Source of the DNA: a virus
Lineage: Duplodnaviria > Caudoviricetes
IMG/VR virus record: IMGVR_UViG_3300030333_004803
Coordinates: 1-53,275 of that record
Direction: 5' to 3' (one strand)
Length of the DNA stretch: 53,275 nt
Notes under the pieces: model-generated
Databases searched by the model: none
Told to the model about the DNA's origin: nothing
What the model saw: the letters and a program-made list of their open reading frames with translations, nothing else
Shown: positions 10,367 to 18,574 of the stretch, in pieces
Layout of the letters: each line of letters begins with the position of its first letter
Position numbering within the stretch: position 1 is the first letter of the stretch
Position numbers and translations under genes: made by a program

Positions 10367-10452
10367 GTGAAATTGTTATAAGTGGAATTGCTATCATTGT
10401 TATGGTAGGAGGAATTGCTTATATGTTGAAAGGATCAAAATGGGATGAATAA
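10363..10452 (+). CDS. 29-aa membrane peptide (not in ORF track)
   Basis: GTGA overlap start; MSEIVISGIAIIVMVGGIAYMLKGSKWDE fills the gap. Confidence 0.5.
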   Translation: MSEIVISGIAIIVMVGGIAYMLKGSKWDE

Positions 10453-10726
10453 ACCTATAGGACAAGACTCAAGTTTAAACATATCATTGCCTATGCTTTT
10501 TCAGGCAGTAGCAGTAATTGGTGCTATGGTCTGGGGTTATGGTGAGTTAAATGGTCGTATATCATTTCTTGAATATCAAGTAAGAATAAACGAAGAACAT
10601 ATAGAGGCTATTGAAGAAGATGCTAAAGAAAGTCAGAATGCTGAGATACCAGCAGATATAAGACAAAATGAAAAAATTAGAGTACTTGAAGAAGAAGTAA
10701 ATAAATTAAGAGAACAAAGGAAATGA
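10445..10726 (+). CDS. Membrane-anchored coiled-coil protein (i-spanin/holin-like), paralog A
   Basis: Single TM segment then coiled coil; similar to 10871-11134. Confidence 0.55.
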   Translation: MNKPIGQDSSLNISLPMLFQAVAVIGAMVWGYGELNGRISFLEYQVRINEEHIEAIEEDAKESQNAEIPADIRQNEKIRVLEEEVNKLREQRK

Positions 10727-10887
10727 CATGGTTTTATACATTATGTGTGATTGCGATTGCGCTTGTTGTTGCGGATGAAAAAGGAACTTTAGAACCCGCA
10801 GTAAATAAATTTGAAGAAAAGCTTGGGATAAGAACTGAATTACCACCAGATACAACAGAGTTTGAAATAGATGTCGAAAGCTATTAG
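10723..10887 (+). CDS. 54-aa N-terminally hydrophobic protein (not in ORF track)
   Basis: ATGA overlap; MTWFYTLCVIAIALVVADEKGTLEPAV... Confidence 0.5.
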   Translation: MTWFYTLCVIAIALVVADEKGTLEPAVNKFEEKLGIRTELPPDTTEFEIDVESY

Positions 10888-11134
10888 TGAAGATGCACAG
10901 ATTCACATTAGTGTTGCTTTTCTTATCAAAGCTATGGTGGCAGTTGCGGTTGTTACTGGAAGTTGGTATCAAGCACAAATGAAATTTGCAGAACAAGATA
11001 GGCGATTAAAAGATCTTGAAGAAAAAGTTACAGTTTTAAATGCATCTGTTGAAGGAATGGAAACTCAACATATTCAAAAACTGGAAGAAGAAAATAGAAC
11101 TTTAATGCAAAGATTGGGATTAAAACGAAAATGA
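10871..11134 (+). CDS. Membrane-anchored coiled-coil protein, paralog B
   Basis: MSKAISEDAQIHISVAFLIK aligns with MNKPIGQDSSLNISLPMLFQ; TM plus coiled coil. Confidence 0.55.
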   Translation: MSKAISEDAQIHISVAFLIKAMVAVAVVTGSWYQAQMKFAEQDRRLKDLEEKVTVLNASVEGMETQHIQKLEEENRTLMQRLGLKRK

Positions 11135-11559
11135 TTATAAGAAGAAGCAGTGAGGGGTATAATGTTATTTTATATAGAAATACTACCCCAGGAGCGACAA
11201 GAACTAGAACTTATAGTAATAGTACAGTAGAAGAAATAACTTATCCTACTAGTTATAAATATTTTATTGCAATTGATAACGAAGTAAAGAAAAGAACAAA
11301 CAACTGGGAAACTGCAGAAAATTTTTATATTGACGAATGTGAAAAGAAAGGGTATACTTCTCATGGTAGAGCTATTATAGGCGCACATATTATGTTAGGA
11401 TCTATTATTACTCTAGAGTCTGAATTTCCAACTTCAAGCAATACTAAGACTCAAATACAAGAATTTATGAATTTAAGAAATATTAAATACAATTCTAGCG
11501 ACACTAAAGCAGAGTTACTTGCTATTGTTGATATTGTAAACCCATGGAAGGCTACTTAA
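11131..11559 (+). CDS. Hypothetical protein with C-terminal HeH/SAP-like module
   Basis: C-terminus TKTQIQEFMNLRNIKYNSSDTKAELLAIV. Confidence 0.5.
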   Translation: MIIRRSSEGYNVILYRNTTPGATRTRTYSNSTVEEITYPTSYKYFIAIDNEVKKRTNNWETAENFYIDECEKKGYTSHGRAIIGAHIMLGSIITLESEFPTSSNTKTQIQEFMNLRNIKYNSSDTKAELLAIVDIVNPWKAT

Positions 11560-11560
11560 T

Positions 11561-11866
11561 ATGATGGAAACATATGCAGAATACGGAGCTATTGGAGTTA
11601 TAGTAGCTTTATTTATAATGATGATAGTAAATTTAATGAAGAGTCAAAAAACTCAAAATGAAGATTTAGACGATATAAGAGTACATATGGGAAAAATGGA
11701 GTCTACAGTAGACAATGTTGAAAGTATAGTTTTAAAAATGCTTGATAGGTGGAATAAATCTGATGATATTAGTCAAAGACACAGAGAAGATATAGTTAGA
11801 GAATTAAATGATGTTACAGATGATCTTGCTTATCTTAAAGGAAGAATAAACGGTAAATCAAGATGA
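11561..11866 (+). CDS. Holin-like protein (N-terminal TM plus coiled coil)
   Basis: EYGAIGVIVALFIMMIV TM segment; upstream of the endolysin. Confidence 0.55.
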   Translation: MMETYAEYGAIGVIVALFIMMIVNLMKSQKTQNEDLDDIRVHMGKMESTVDNVESIVLKMLDRWNKSDDISQRHREDIVRELNDVTDDLAYLKGRINGKSR

Positions 11867-12087
11867 ATGTTAACGACTACAGAACAGAAACAACTGCAAA
11901 ACTAGTTAAATTAGATGAAAGACAAGTCAGTATTTTTAAATCATTGCAAAGAATTGAAAAGCATTTAGAAAAACTAAATGGGCAGACTGAAAAAAATAGT
12001 CATGCTATCATCATGTTTAAAACATGGGGATCTGCAGCTATTTTTGTTGTGCCTGTAATAATAACAATAATCATGAGGTTAATATGA
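11863..12087 (+). CDS. XhlA-like lysis protein (coiled coil plus C-terminal TM)
   Basis: RIEKHLEKLNG coil; WGSAAIFVVPVIITIIM TM. Confidence 0.5.
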   Translation: MNVNDYRTETTAKLVKLDERQVSIFKSLQRIEKHLEKLNGQTEKNSHAIIMFKTWGSAAIFVVPVIITIIMRLI

Positions 12088-12266
12088 ACGTAGCAAAGTT
12101 AATTGCCGATCAAATGTTTAATGACGGCACTAAAGAGAAAATTGTTGACGGATTAAACAAAAGCATTAATATTCCTATTATTAATGAAGAAACTGAAGAA
12201 AAAATCCTAACTGCTATTTATGAAGTAGTGGAGGACGTAATGAAAGAAGTTTTAGGAGCAAAGTAA
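12084..12266 (+). CDS. Hypothetical protein (start revised from 12024)
   Basis: GAGG SD before ATG at 12084; LNKSINIPIINEETEEKIL. Confidence 0.55.
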   Translation: MNVAKLIADQMFNDGTKEKIVDGLNKSINIPIINEETEEKILTAIYEVVEDVMKEVLGAK

Positions 12267-12751
12267 TGCGAACTACTTTTGGAGAAATCATACAAGAAGT
12301 TTTACGCCATGAAGGTGGTTATGTAAATGATTCTGTTGATAAAGGCGGAGAAACAAAGTATGGTATATCAAAAAGAGCGCATAGCGATGTAGATATTAAA
12401 AACCTAACAGTTGAAGAAGCGTGTGCTATTTATAGAGAGCATTACTGGACTCCTTCAAAAGCTGAAAAACTACCAGAAGAATTAAGAGAAGCTTATTTTT
12501 TGTTTGTAGTTAATGCTGGTCAAGGAACTGCGGTAAAGGTCTTACAAAGAGCATGTAATGGTAAAAATGGTAAGAACGAAGAAATTGCAGTAGATGGTAG
12601 GATAGGAAGAATGACCATTAGAGCTTCACAAAAACTAGAAAAAGATCGTTTTATATCATATATAATATTGCATTATGCAAAAATAGTATACAGAAATTCT
12701 TCTCAAGAGCGTTTCTGGTACGGTTGGTATAGAAGGGCCTTGGGACTATAA
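12266..12751 (+). CDS. Endolysin, glycoside hydrolase family 108 with peptidoglycan-binding C-terminus
   Basis: HEGGYVND-x2-DKGGETKYGIS, IYREHYW, VDGRIG-x2-T, F-x2-GW-x2-R. Confidence 0.92.
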   Translation: MRTTFGEIIQEVLRHEGGYVNDSVDKGGETKYGISKRAHSDVDIKNLTVEEACAIYREHYWTPSKAEKLPEELREAYFLFVVNAGQGTAVKVLQRACNGKNGKNEEIAVDGRIGRMTIRASQKLEKDRFISYIILHYAKIVYRNSSQERFWYGWYRRALGL

Positions 12752-12752
12752 T

Positions 12753-13532
12753 ATGAGAAAAAAAGATAAGGGTGTAGTAAAACGATTTATTGTAACTCCA
12801 GATAAGCACTTTCCCTTACACAGTCAACCTGCTATTGATTGCTTAATTAAAGCTATTCACATAGTAAAGCCTTCAGGTTATATAGATCTTGGAGATGTTG
12901 GCGAATGGGAATCTGCCTCTCACTGGCAATGGAGAAAAAAGAAACGTCCTCCATTGGAGTATCAATTACCTTATGTTGAAAAAGAAATTGAAGCCGTTAA
13001 TGCTGGTATGGATATGATAGATGAAGCATTAGACAAAGTCAATTGCAAAGAAAAACATATGACAGAAGGTAATCACGATGATTGGTTGAATAGATTTGTT
13101 GATGAGCATCCTTATCTTAAGGGTATGAGGTTTGCTAATGCAGTTAATCTTAAAGAACGTGGCTATAAATTTCATCCTATTGGCAAATTATTAAAAATAG
13201 GAAAATTAAATTTTTATCACGGACATCATTATGCTGGCATACAGCACACAAGAAATCATTTGTTAAGAATGGGTGCAAATATTATGTATGGACATCATCA
13301 TGATATACAGCAATCTTCTGTAACTCATGTAGATGGACCCAAAAGTGCTTGGTCTATAGGTTGTTTAAAAGATATGGAAGCAGGAGCTAACCCCTGGTTA
13401 AACCATAGAGGTCATAATTGGGCTCATGCTTTTGCTGTAGTAGATTTCTTTACCAATGGCAGATTTACTGTTCATGTAGTACAAATTGTAGACGGTGAAA
13501 CAGCTTTATGGGGAGAGGTTATAAAAGCATAA
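12753..13532 (+). CDS. Calcineurin-like metallophosphoesterase
   Basis: DKH, LGDVGE, GNHD, HGH, GHHH motifs. Confidence 0.9.
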   Translation: MRKKDKGVVKRFIVTPDKHFPLHSQPAIDCLIKAIHIVKPSGYIDLGDVGEWESASHWQWRKKKRPPLEYQLPYVEKEIEAVNAGMDMIDEALDKVNCKEKHMTEGNHDDWLNRFVDEHPYLKGMRFANAVNLKERGYKFHPIGKLLKIGKLNFYHGHHYAGIQHTRNHLLRMGANIMYGHHHDIQQSSVTHVDGPKSAWSIGCLKDMEAGANPWLNHRGHNWAHAFAVVDFFTNGRFTVHVVQIVDGETALWGEVIKA

Positions 13533-13639
13533 TGGTTACTAGTAATAAAATAGGCAAACCTTGGGAAAAAAGAAGTCCCGATACTCGTAGAAAAATGGAT
13601 ACAGATAAAAAATCAAAAAAATCAAAAGGTAAAAAATGA
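13532..13639 (+). CDS. 35-aa basic peptide (not in ORF track)
   Basis: TAATG and ATGA coupling at both ends; MVTSNKIGKPWEKRSPDTRRKMD...KKSKGKK. Confidence 0.55.
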   Translation: MVTSNKIGKPWEKRSPDTRRKMDTDKKSKKSKGKK

Positions 13640-13818
13640 CTGTTGAGAAACATTGCCCTCATTGCAGGGAAAAAACTGAACATGACAAAGATGGCCTTTG
13701 TATCCAATGTATTAAAAGAAATCAGTGGGTAAGTGGCGCTATGTCTTGGTTTGGAGACTGGTTAGATCCACACACCACAGGAAGTAAAGATGGCAAAAGA
13801 GATATACGAAATAACTAA
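13636..13818 (+). CDS. Small zinc-ribbon protein
   Basis: CPHC...CIQC. Confidence 0.55.
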   Translation: MTVEKHCPHCREKTEHDKDGLCIQCIKRNQWVSGAMSWFGDWLDPHTTGSKDGKRDIRNN

Positions 13819-16800
13819 GTTTGTCACTGGTACTGTATCCAATATTGCAGATAGAGATATACCAGATGATGCAGCTTCTTATTCTAAAAACCTAGATCCA
13901 ACTTCAGTATCGGGACAATTACAAGCTATTAAAGCAGACGTTATTGTTCAAGATGGTAGTAGTGGGGCATTAGGGAAAGGAACTAATCATGCGTTCATCA
14001 ATAACGGAGGCAATCGAGATCTTGTGTGGTATGATCCTGATAACAACCATATTAAGTATGTCACTGATTTATATGGCAGCAAAGGCGATGTTACTATTGC
14101 TACAGGGGGCAGTAGTATTACTTCAGGAGATGACGTCACGTTTGAACAAAATAATAGAGAAATACATATAGGAACTGGAAATGGATCTTCTCATAAACCT
14201 AAATGGGCTGGATATATACCTCATGGACAATTTACTGGCTCAGCCCCCTCAGGGATACAAGTAGAAGACGCTAATTTACTTAGCCCAGGAAGATTCCCTG
14301 CGATGTTTTCTGTATGTGAAGATGAAAATTATATTTACGGAGTAGAGTATCAAGGTCAATATATTTATAAATTTCAAAAATCAGACTATAGTTTACTTGA
14401 GATCAGTAAAACAAGATTTGTAAAATTACAAGTTGTTGCATTAGCGGGGGATGTAGCAAATTATGGAAAAACGTATTCTGGAAATCATTTATGGGTATAT
14501 GATTCTGGACATAGTACTTATGGTACTATATATAAAGTAGATAGGGCTACTCTATCAATTGTTCAAGAAAATCAACTTACTGCTGCAATATGTGGCGGAG
14601 TCAATTATGTGACTAGTATGGTTGAATCAACTAATATGTTATGGGCAGCTTCACATCCTACTGATGGTGGTTATATAACAGCAAATTCAGTATTTAGAGT
14701 AGCAACTCCTACATCTACTACAAGTATTACCTTTACTAATGCAAGTCCTTGGGCAGCAAGTGCTGGTACTGGAGAGAGTAGTCTTGATGGTGATTATTTT
14801 AGTAGTGATCTTAACTCAGATGCTACAGCCCCCACAACCGCTAGATTTTACACTGTTAGAAATTCATTATGCTTATCTGCTGCGAATACTGCAGAAGTAT
14901 GCTGGTTTACTAGAATAACAAATGCTACTGGAGCAGCTGTTTATATGGCTTATTATCAAACTGGTGGAGTTAATCATGCATATCCATTAGGGCAATGTGC
15001 TTGGATAATAAAAGAAAGCTATACTCAAGTAAGTCAACCAGCAGATAATAATACTGTTACTAAAGCTTATCCAGTAACATTTGAAGTAGGAGTATCAAAT
15101 TCATTAGTATCAACTGATGTTATAATGGATACTTTGCAACAAAAAGCTGCAAATGGATTTATTGCAAAATTATTTATATCGCATCATCCTACTGGTAATA
15201 CTGATAATATGAAAATTAGCCAATATCCTTTAATTACTCAACATAGTAGTTACAATGGCATATTTAGCAGTACAAGCGCAGGTCAAACAAATCGAATTGA
15301 TGCAGATCATGTGCAATACGTTCCAACTGAAGGAGCTGTAGTTCAAAGTTTACTTACTGGACAAAATACCAATGGGTCTTCTCAAGCTGTAGCTGGGTAT
15401 AAATTAAATATTTTTGGTGGATCTAGTTATGGAGCTTGGGCTATTGTTGATGGTGATTTAAGTAGTAATTCTGGATACAAATTAAGAAGTACTTTAGAAA
15501 TGTCAATCGCTACAAGTGGAACTAACACTGAATGGAATAATTCTTATACATATTTTTATGCTTGTAGTTTTGTTTACGATGGATATCAAGAAAGTCCATT
15601 GTCTTCTGCTGTTATAGATAGTTCTAATCAAACAAAAAACAGATCTATTACTTTAAAAATATTTAATCTTGCAGATTCTAGTAGTTCATTGGCTATAAGC
15701 AAAAGAATTACTCACATTAATCTTTACAGATCAGAAGCGGTAACTGCTAATGCTACTTTTCCTACTGGATTTTATAGATTGGTAAAGAGTCAAAAATTAG
15801 ATTCAAGCTTTGCTGCTAAATCAAGTGCTCAGTGGGGAAATTATAAAGAAGTTGTAATTACAGATGATAAAGTAGAAGGTGCTTCTTATGAAGCATATGC
15901 TGGTTTACCAGAAACAATTGATAGAACATTGCCTCATTATGCGTTATCAACACAGTTAAATAATGAAATGATTATCGGTAAATGTTATCATCCAGATATT
16001 GAGAATAGTGAAAACTATTTATTTAAATCCCTGCCTTACAAATATGATACTTTTGACTGGACATCAGATTTGCTTAGATTGCCTATTGTGCCTACAGCCT
16101 TAGCTTCTTTTCAAGGCAAAGTATATGCATTTAGCGAAAACGATATTTATATAATTAATACACAAGGTATGTATATAGAAGATATATTGGAAGGTATGGG
16201 GTGCTTAAATAAGCATTGTGTAAAAGTTACTGATTATGGAATGTGTTTTGCTGATATAAATAATATTTATTTGCATGATGGTAGACAAGCATCACCTATA
16301 GGTCAAACTATTTTAAACGAAAAAGCTGAACAAACAGGTTGGTTGTTTAAGAATACTTCTACGGACCCATTAGTGTTTTTTGAAGGATCTACTAAATCTT
16401 TTGTAATTTATTTTCAAAAACAAGCAGGTAATGGCTCTGCTGATCATTTAGCGTGGGCTTATAATGTTTTAAGAAGAAGATGGGATCTATGGTATGGCCC
16501 TACTGCAGGAGCAGTGGGTGGTATAGTTGGAAAAAATGGAGAAATGTTAATAAATGACGGAACTAATTTAAGACATATGAAAGGTGATAGTAATTACGCC
16601 AATTGGGAGTTTAGAACTAAAAATATAACATTAGGTGCAAGCACTCAAGAAAAAATGTTTTATAAAATAAGAACCGTAGGCGATACTGGATGTGAAATAG
16701 CTTATAGTGTAGATGGTGGAGCATATACAAGTGATGTAACTAGTACTAATTCTGTAGATATAAGCGCAGCTAATAAAAAGAAAAAAGCTTTAAAAATAAG

Positions 16801-16870
16801 ATTAAAAGGGACTGGCTCAGAAATTATTGATTCTGTTGGCGTGGTCTATAGAAGATTAAAAGTAAAATAA
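13790..16870 (+). CDS. Tail nozzle/muzzle (stabilisation) protein, beta-propeller type
   Basis: 1026 aa beta-rich; EGMGCL, YGMCFAD and WEFRTK...KMFYK motifs typical of podovirus nozzle proteins; precedes the ejection genes. Confidence 0.65.
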   Translation: MAKEIYEITKFVTGTVSNIADRDIPDDAASYSKNLDPTSVSGQLQAIKADVIVQDGSSGALGKGTNHAFINNGGNRDLVWYDPDNNHIKYVTDLYGSKGDVTIATGGSSITSGDDVTFEQNNREIHIGTGNGSSHKPKWAGYIPHGQFTGSAPSGIQVEDANLLSPGRFPAMFSVCEDENYIYGVEYQGQYIYKFQKSDYSLLEISKTRFVKLQVVALAGDVANYGKTYSGNHLWVYDSGHSTYGTIYKVDRATLSIVQENQLTAAICGGVNYVTSMVESTNMLWAASHPTDGGYITANSVFRVATPTSTTSITFTNASPWAASAGTGESSLDGDYFSSDLNSDATAPTTARFYTVRNSLCLSAANTAEVCWFTRITNATGAAVYMAYYQTGGVNHAYPLGQCAWIIKESYTQVSQPADNNTVTKAYPVTFEVGVSNSLVSTDVIMDTLQQKAANGFIAKLFISHHPTGNTDNMKISQYPLITQHSSYNGIFSSTSAGQTNRIDADHVQYVPTEGAVVQSLLTGQNTNGSSQAVAGYKLNIFGGSSYGAWAIVDGDLSSNSGYKLRSTLEMSIATSGTNTEWNNSYTYFYACSFVYDGYQESPLSSAVIDSSNQTKNRSITLKIFNLADSSSSLAISKRITHINLYRSEAVTANATFPTGFYRLVKSQKLDSSFAAKSSAQWGNYKEVVITDDKVEGASYEAYAGLPETIDRTLPHYALSTQLNNEMIIGKCYHPDIENSENYLFKSLPYKYDTFDWTSDLLRLPIVPTALASFQGKVYAFSENDIYIINTQGMYIEDILEGMGCLNKHCVKVTDYGMCFADINNIYLHDGRQASPIGQTILNEKAEQTGWLFKNTSTDPLVFFEGSTKSFVIYFQKQAGNGSADHLAWAYNVLRRRWDLWYGPTAGAVGGIVGKNGEMLINDGTNLRHMKGDSNYANWEFRTKNITLGASTQEKMFYKIRTVGDTGCEIAYSVDGGAYTSDVTSTNSVDISAANKKKKALKIRLKGTGSEIIDSVGVVYRRLKVK

Positions 16871-16880
16871 GGACAATATT

Positions 16881-17795
16881 ATGAGTTGGTTAAGCGAATT
16901 TTTAGGTACTAACCCTATTAGACATGATTTTAATTACGATGTCTCAACTGCTGATTACAATACAAATACTGGTCTGCTTAGTTCAATAAACAATATTAAT
17001 CAAACTGGTGGTCGATTATCTAATATGGGTAATCAATTATTTACTAGAGGGCAAGGATTGCTTTCTGGTCAAGATCCTATGTTATTACAACAAAGAAATT
17101 GGCTATCTAGAGGTTTGCAAGATGTTGGAGCTCAGCAAGGTTTAGCATTAAATCGTAATTTAGCTATGAGGGGAATTGGATCTGGCGGTATTAGAAGTAT
17201 TATAGGAGCATCTAGAGATAGGGGCTTAGGTGAAGAATATCAAAAAGGACTGTTATCAATTGGAAGAATGGGGCTTGATTTTGGTACAAGATTATCTGGA
17301 TTAGGTACACAAGCAGTTGGTCAAGCAGGTGGTTTATATGGCACAGCAGGACAGTTAGGAGCTGGAATAGATTCTAGAACATTACAAGCTAATATGTTTA
17401 ACGCTGGTCAAACAAACCAAAGAAATCAATTTGCAAGCAATATGGCTTATCAACAAGCAGTTGGCAATAGAGCTCAAAAAGCTTCATTTGCTAATTCTTT
17501 AATTGGATTGGTTGGCGGATTAGCAGGTAACTATCTTGGTGGTCAGATGATGGGTAATATACTAGGTAGAACAGGCGCAGGAGCAGGTACAGGAAATGTT
17601 CCAGGTACAACGGCTTCGGCTGGTTTTAATATGCCAGGATTACCAAGCTTATTTAGCGGTTCAGGTGGTTTTACTGGAGCATATAACAGGGCTAATCAAG
17701 GAGTTCCAGGTATAGCGTATAATAATCCACCACCTATAAATATGCCTTTCTTTATGCAACAATATCCATACCCAGGGCAAGGAGGTACAGACTAA
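16881..17795 (+). CDS. Ejection/internal virion protein 1 (G/Q/N-rich with hydrophobic segment)
   Basis: Low-complexity helical sequence; LIGLVGGLAGNYLGG; follows the nozzle gene. Confidence 0.6.
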   Translation: MSWLSEFLGTNPIRHDFNYDVSTADYNTNTGLLSSINNINQTGGRLSNMGNQLFTRGQGLLSGQDPMLLQQRNWLSRGLQDVGAQQGLALNRNLAMRGIGSGGIRSIIGASRDRGLGEEYQKGLLSIGRMGLDFGTRLSGLGTQAVGQAGGLYGTAGQLGAGIDSRTLQANMFNAGQTNQRNQFASNMAYQQAVGNRAQKASFANSLIGLVGGLAGNYLGGQMMGNILGRTGAGAGTGNVPGTTASAGFNMPGLPSLFSGSGGFTGAYNRANQGVPGIAYNNPPPINMPFFMQQYPYPGQGGTD

Positions 17796-18568
17796 TGGCT
17801 TATAATTTTGGAGAAGTAATACTAGACAGTATTGACAAAGGTAAAAAAACAGCTATGGCTGCCTCAGAGTTACAAATGAGGAAAGAGCAAGCTATAAAAG
17901 ATGATCAACATAAGGCTAAAGTATTAGCTGAAGCTATTGAGAGTAGAAAACAAACTAATGAGATACAAAAAGCTGTTAATCAAATGAAAGAAGATCAATT
18001 AGTAGCTAATCTTACTGGTATGTATCAAGGTCAACCTACATGGGCTAGGCAAATTCATGAAGAAGGTAAAACGATAGATATGTCTATATTTAAACCTTGG
18101 CTTACTTCTGCACAGCAAGATAGTTTAAAAGAAGCTGGAGTAGATTTAACAAAAGTAGATTCAAGATATTCTGGTCTTTTAGGACCTATTATAGGATCTC
18201 AACTGCAAACTAAAAAAGAAGCTAGACAAGTAGAAAGCGCTTTATTGCCACCTGCACCTTGGAAAAACCCAGAAGGCACCGATAAAGATTGGGGATTAGG
18301 AATTGATCAAGGAGAAATTCGCGATGAAGCTAGAACGTACTTAGATAGAGCAAAAGCAGATGCTGCTATATGGAAATCTGTAAGAAAAAATAATCCTAAA
18401 AGCAGTGGTTATCAGGCATATATAAGAGAATTAAGAAGTTTAAAAGCAGATCTTGATAGCAAAGATTATTTTAAACATAGTGGTAGTTTTAAAAACTGGC
18501 CTGCTAATGTAGACGCTAGAAACATGAGTAAAGAAATTACTGATTTAATTTTATTCCTTGAAGGATAA
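17795..18568 (+). CDS. Ejection/internal virion protein 2
   Basis: Helical; GGAGG SD; immediately before the giant protein. Confidence 0.5.
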   Translation: MAYNFGEVILDSIDKGKKTAMAASELQMRKEQAIKDDQHKAKVLAEAIESRKQTNEIQKAVNQMKEDQLVANLTGMYQGQPTWARQIHEEGKTIDMSIFKPWLTSAQQDSLKEAGVDLTKVDSRYSGLLGPIIGSQLQTKKEARQVESALLPPAPWKNPEGTDKDWGLGIDQGEIRDEARTYLDRAKADAAIWKSVRKNNPKSSGYQAYIRELRSLKADLDSKDYFKHSGSFKNWPANVDARNMSKEITDLILFLEG

Positions 18569-18574
18569 CCCTAC

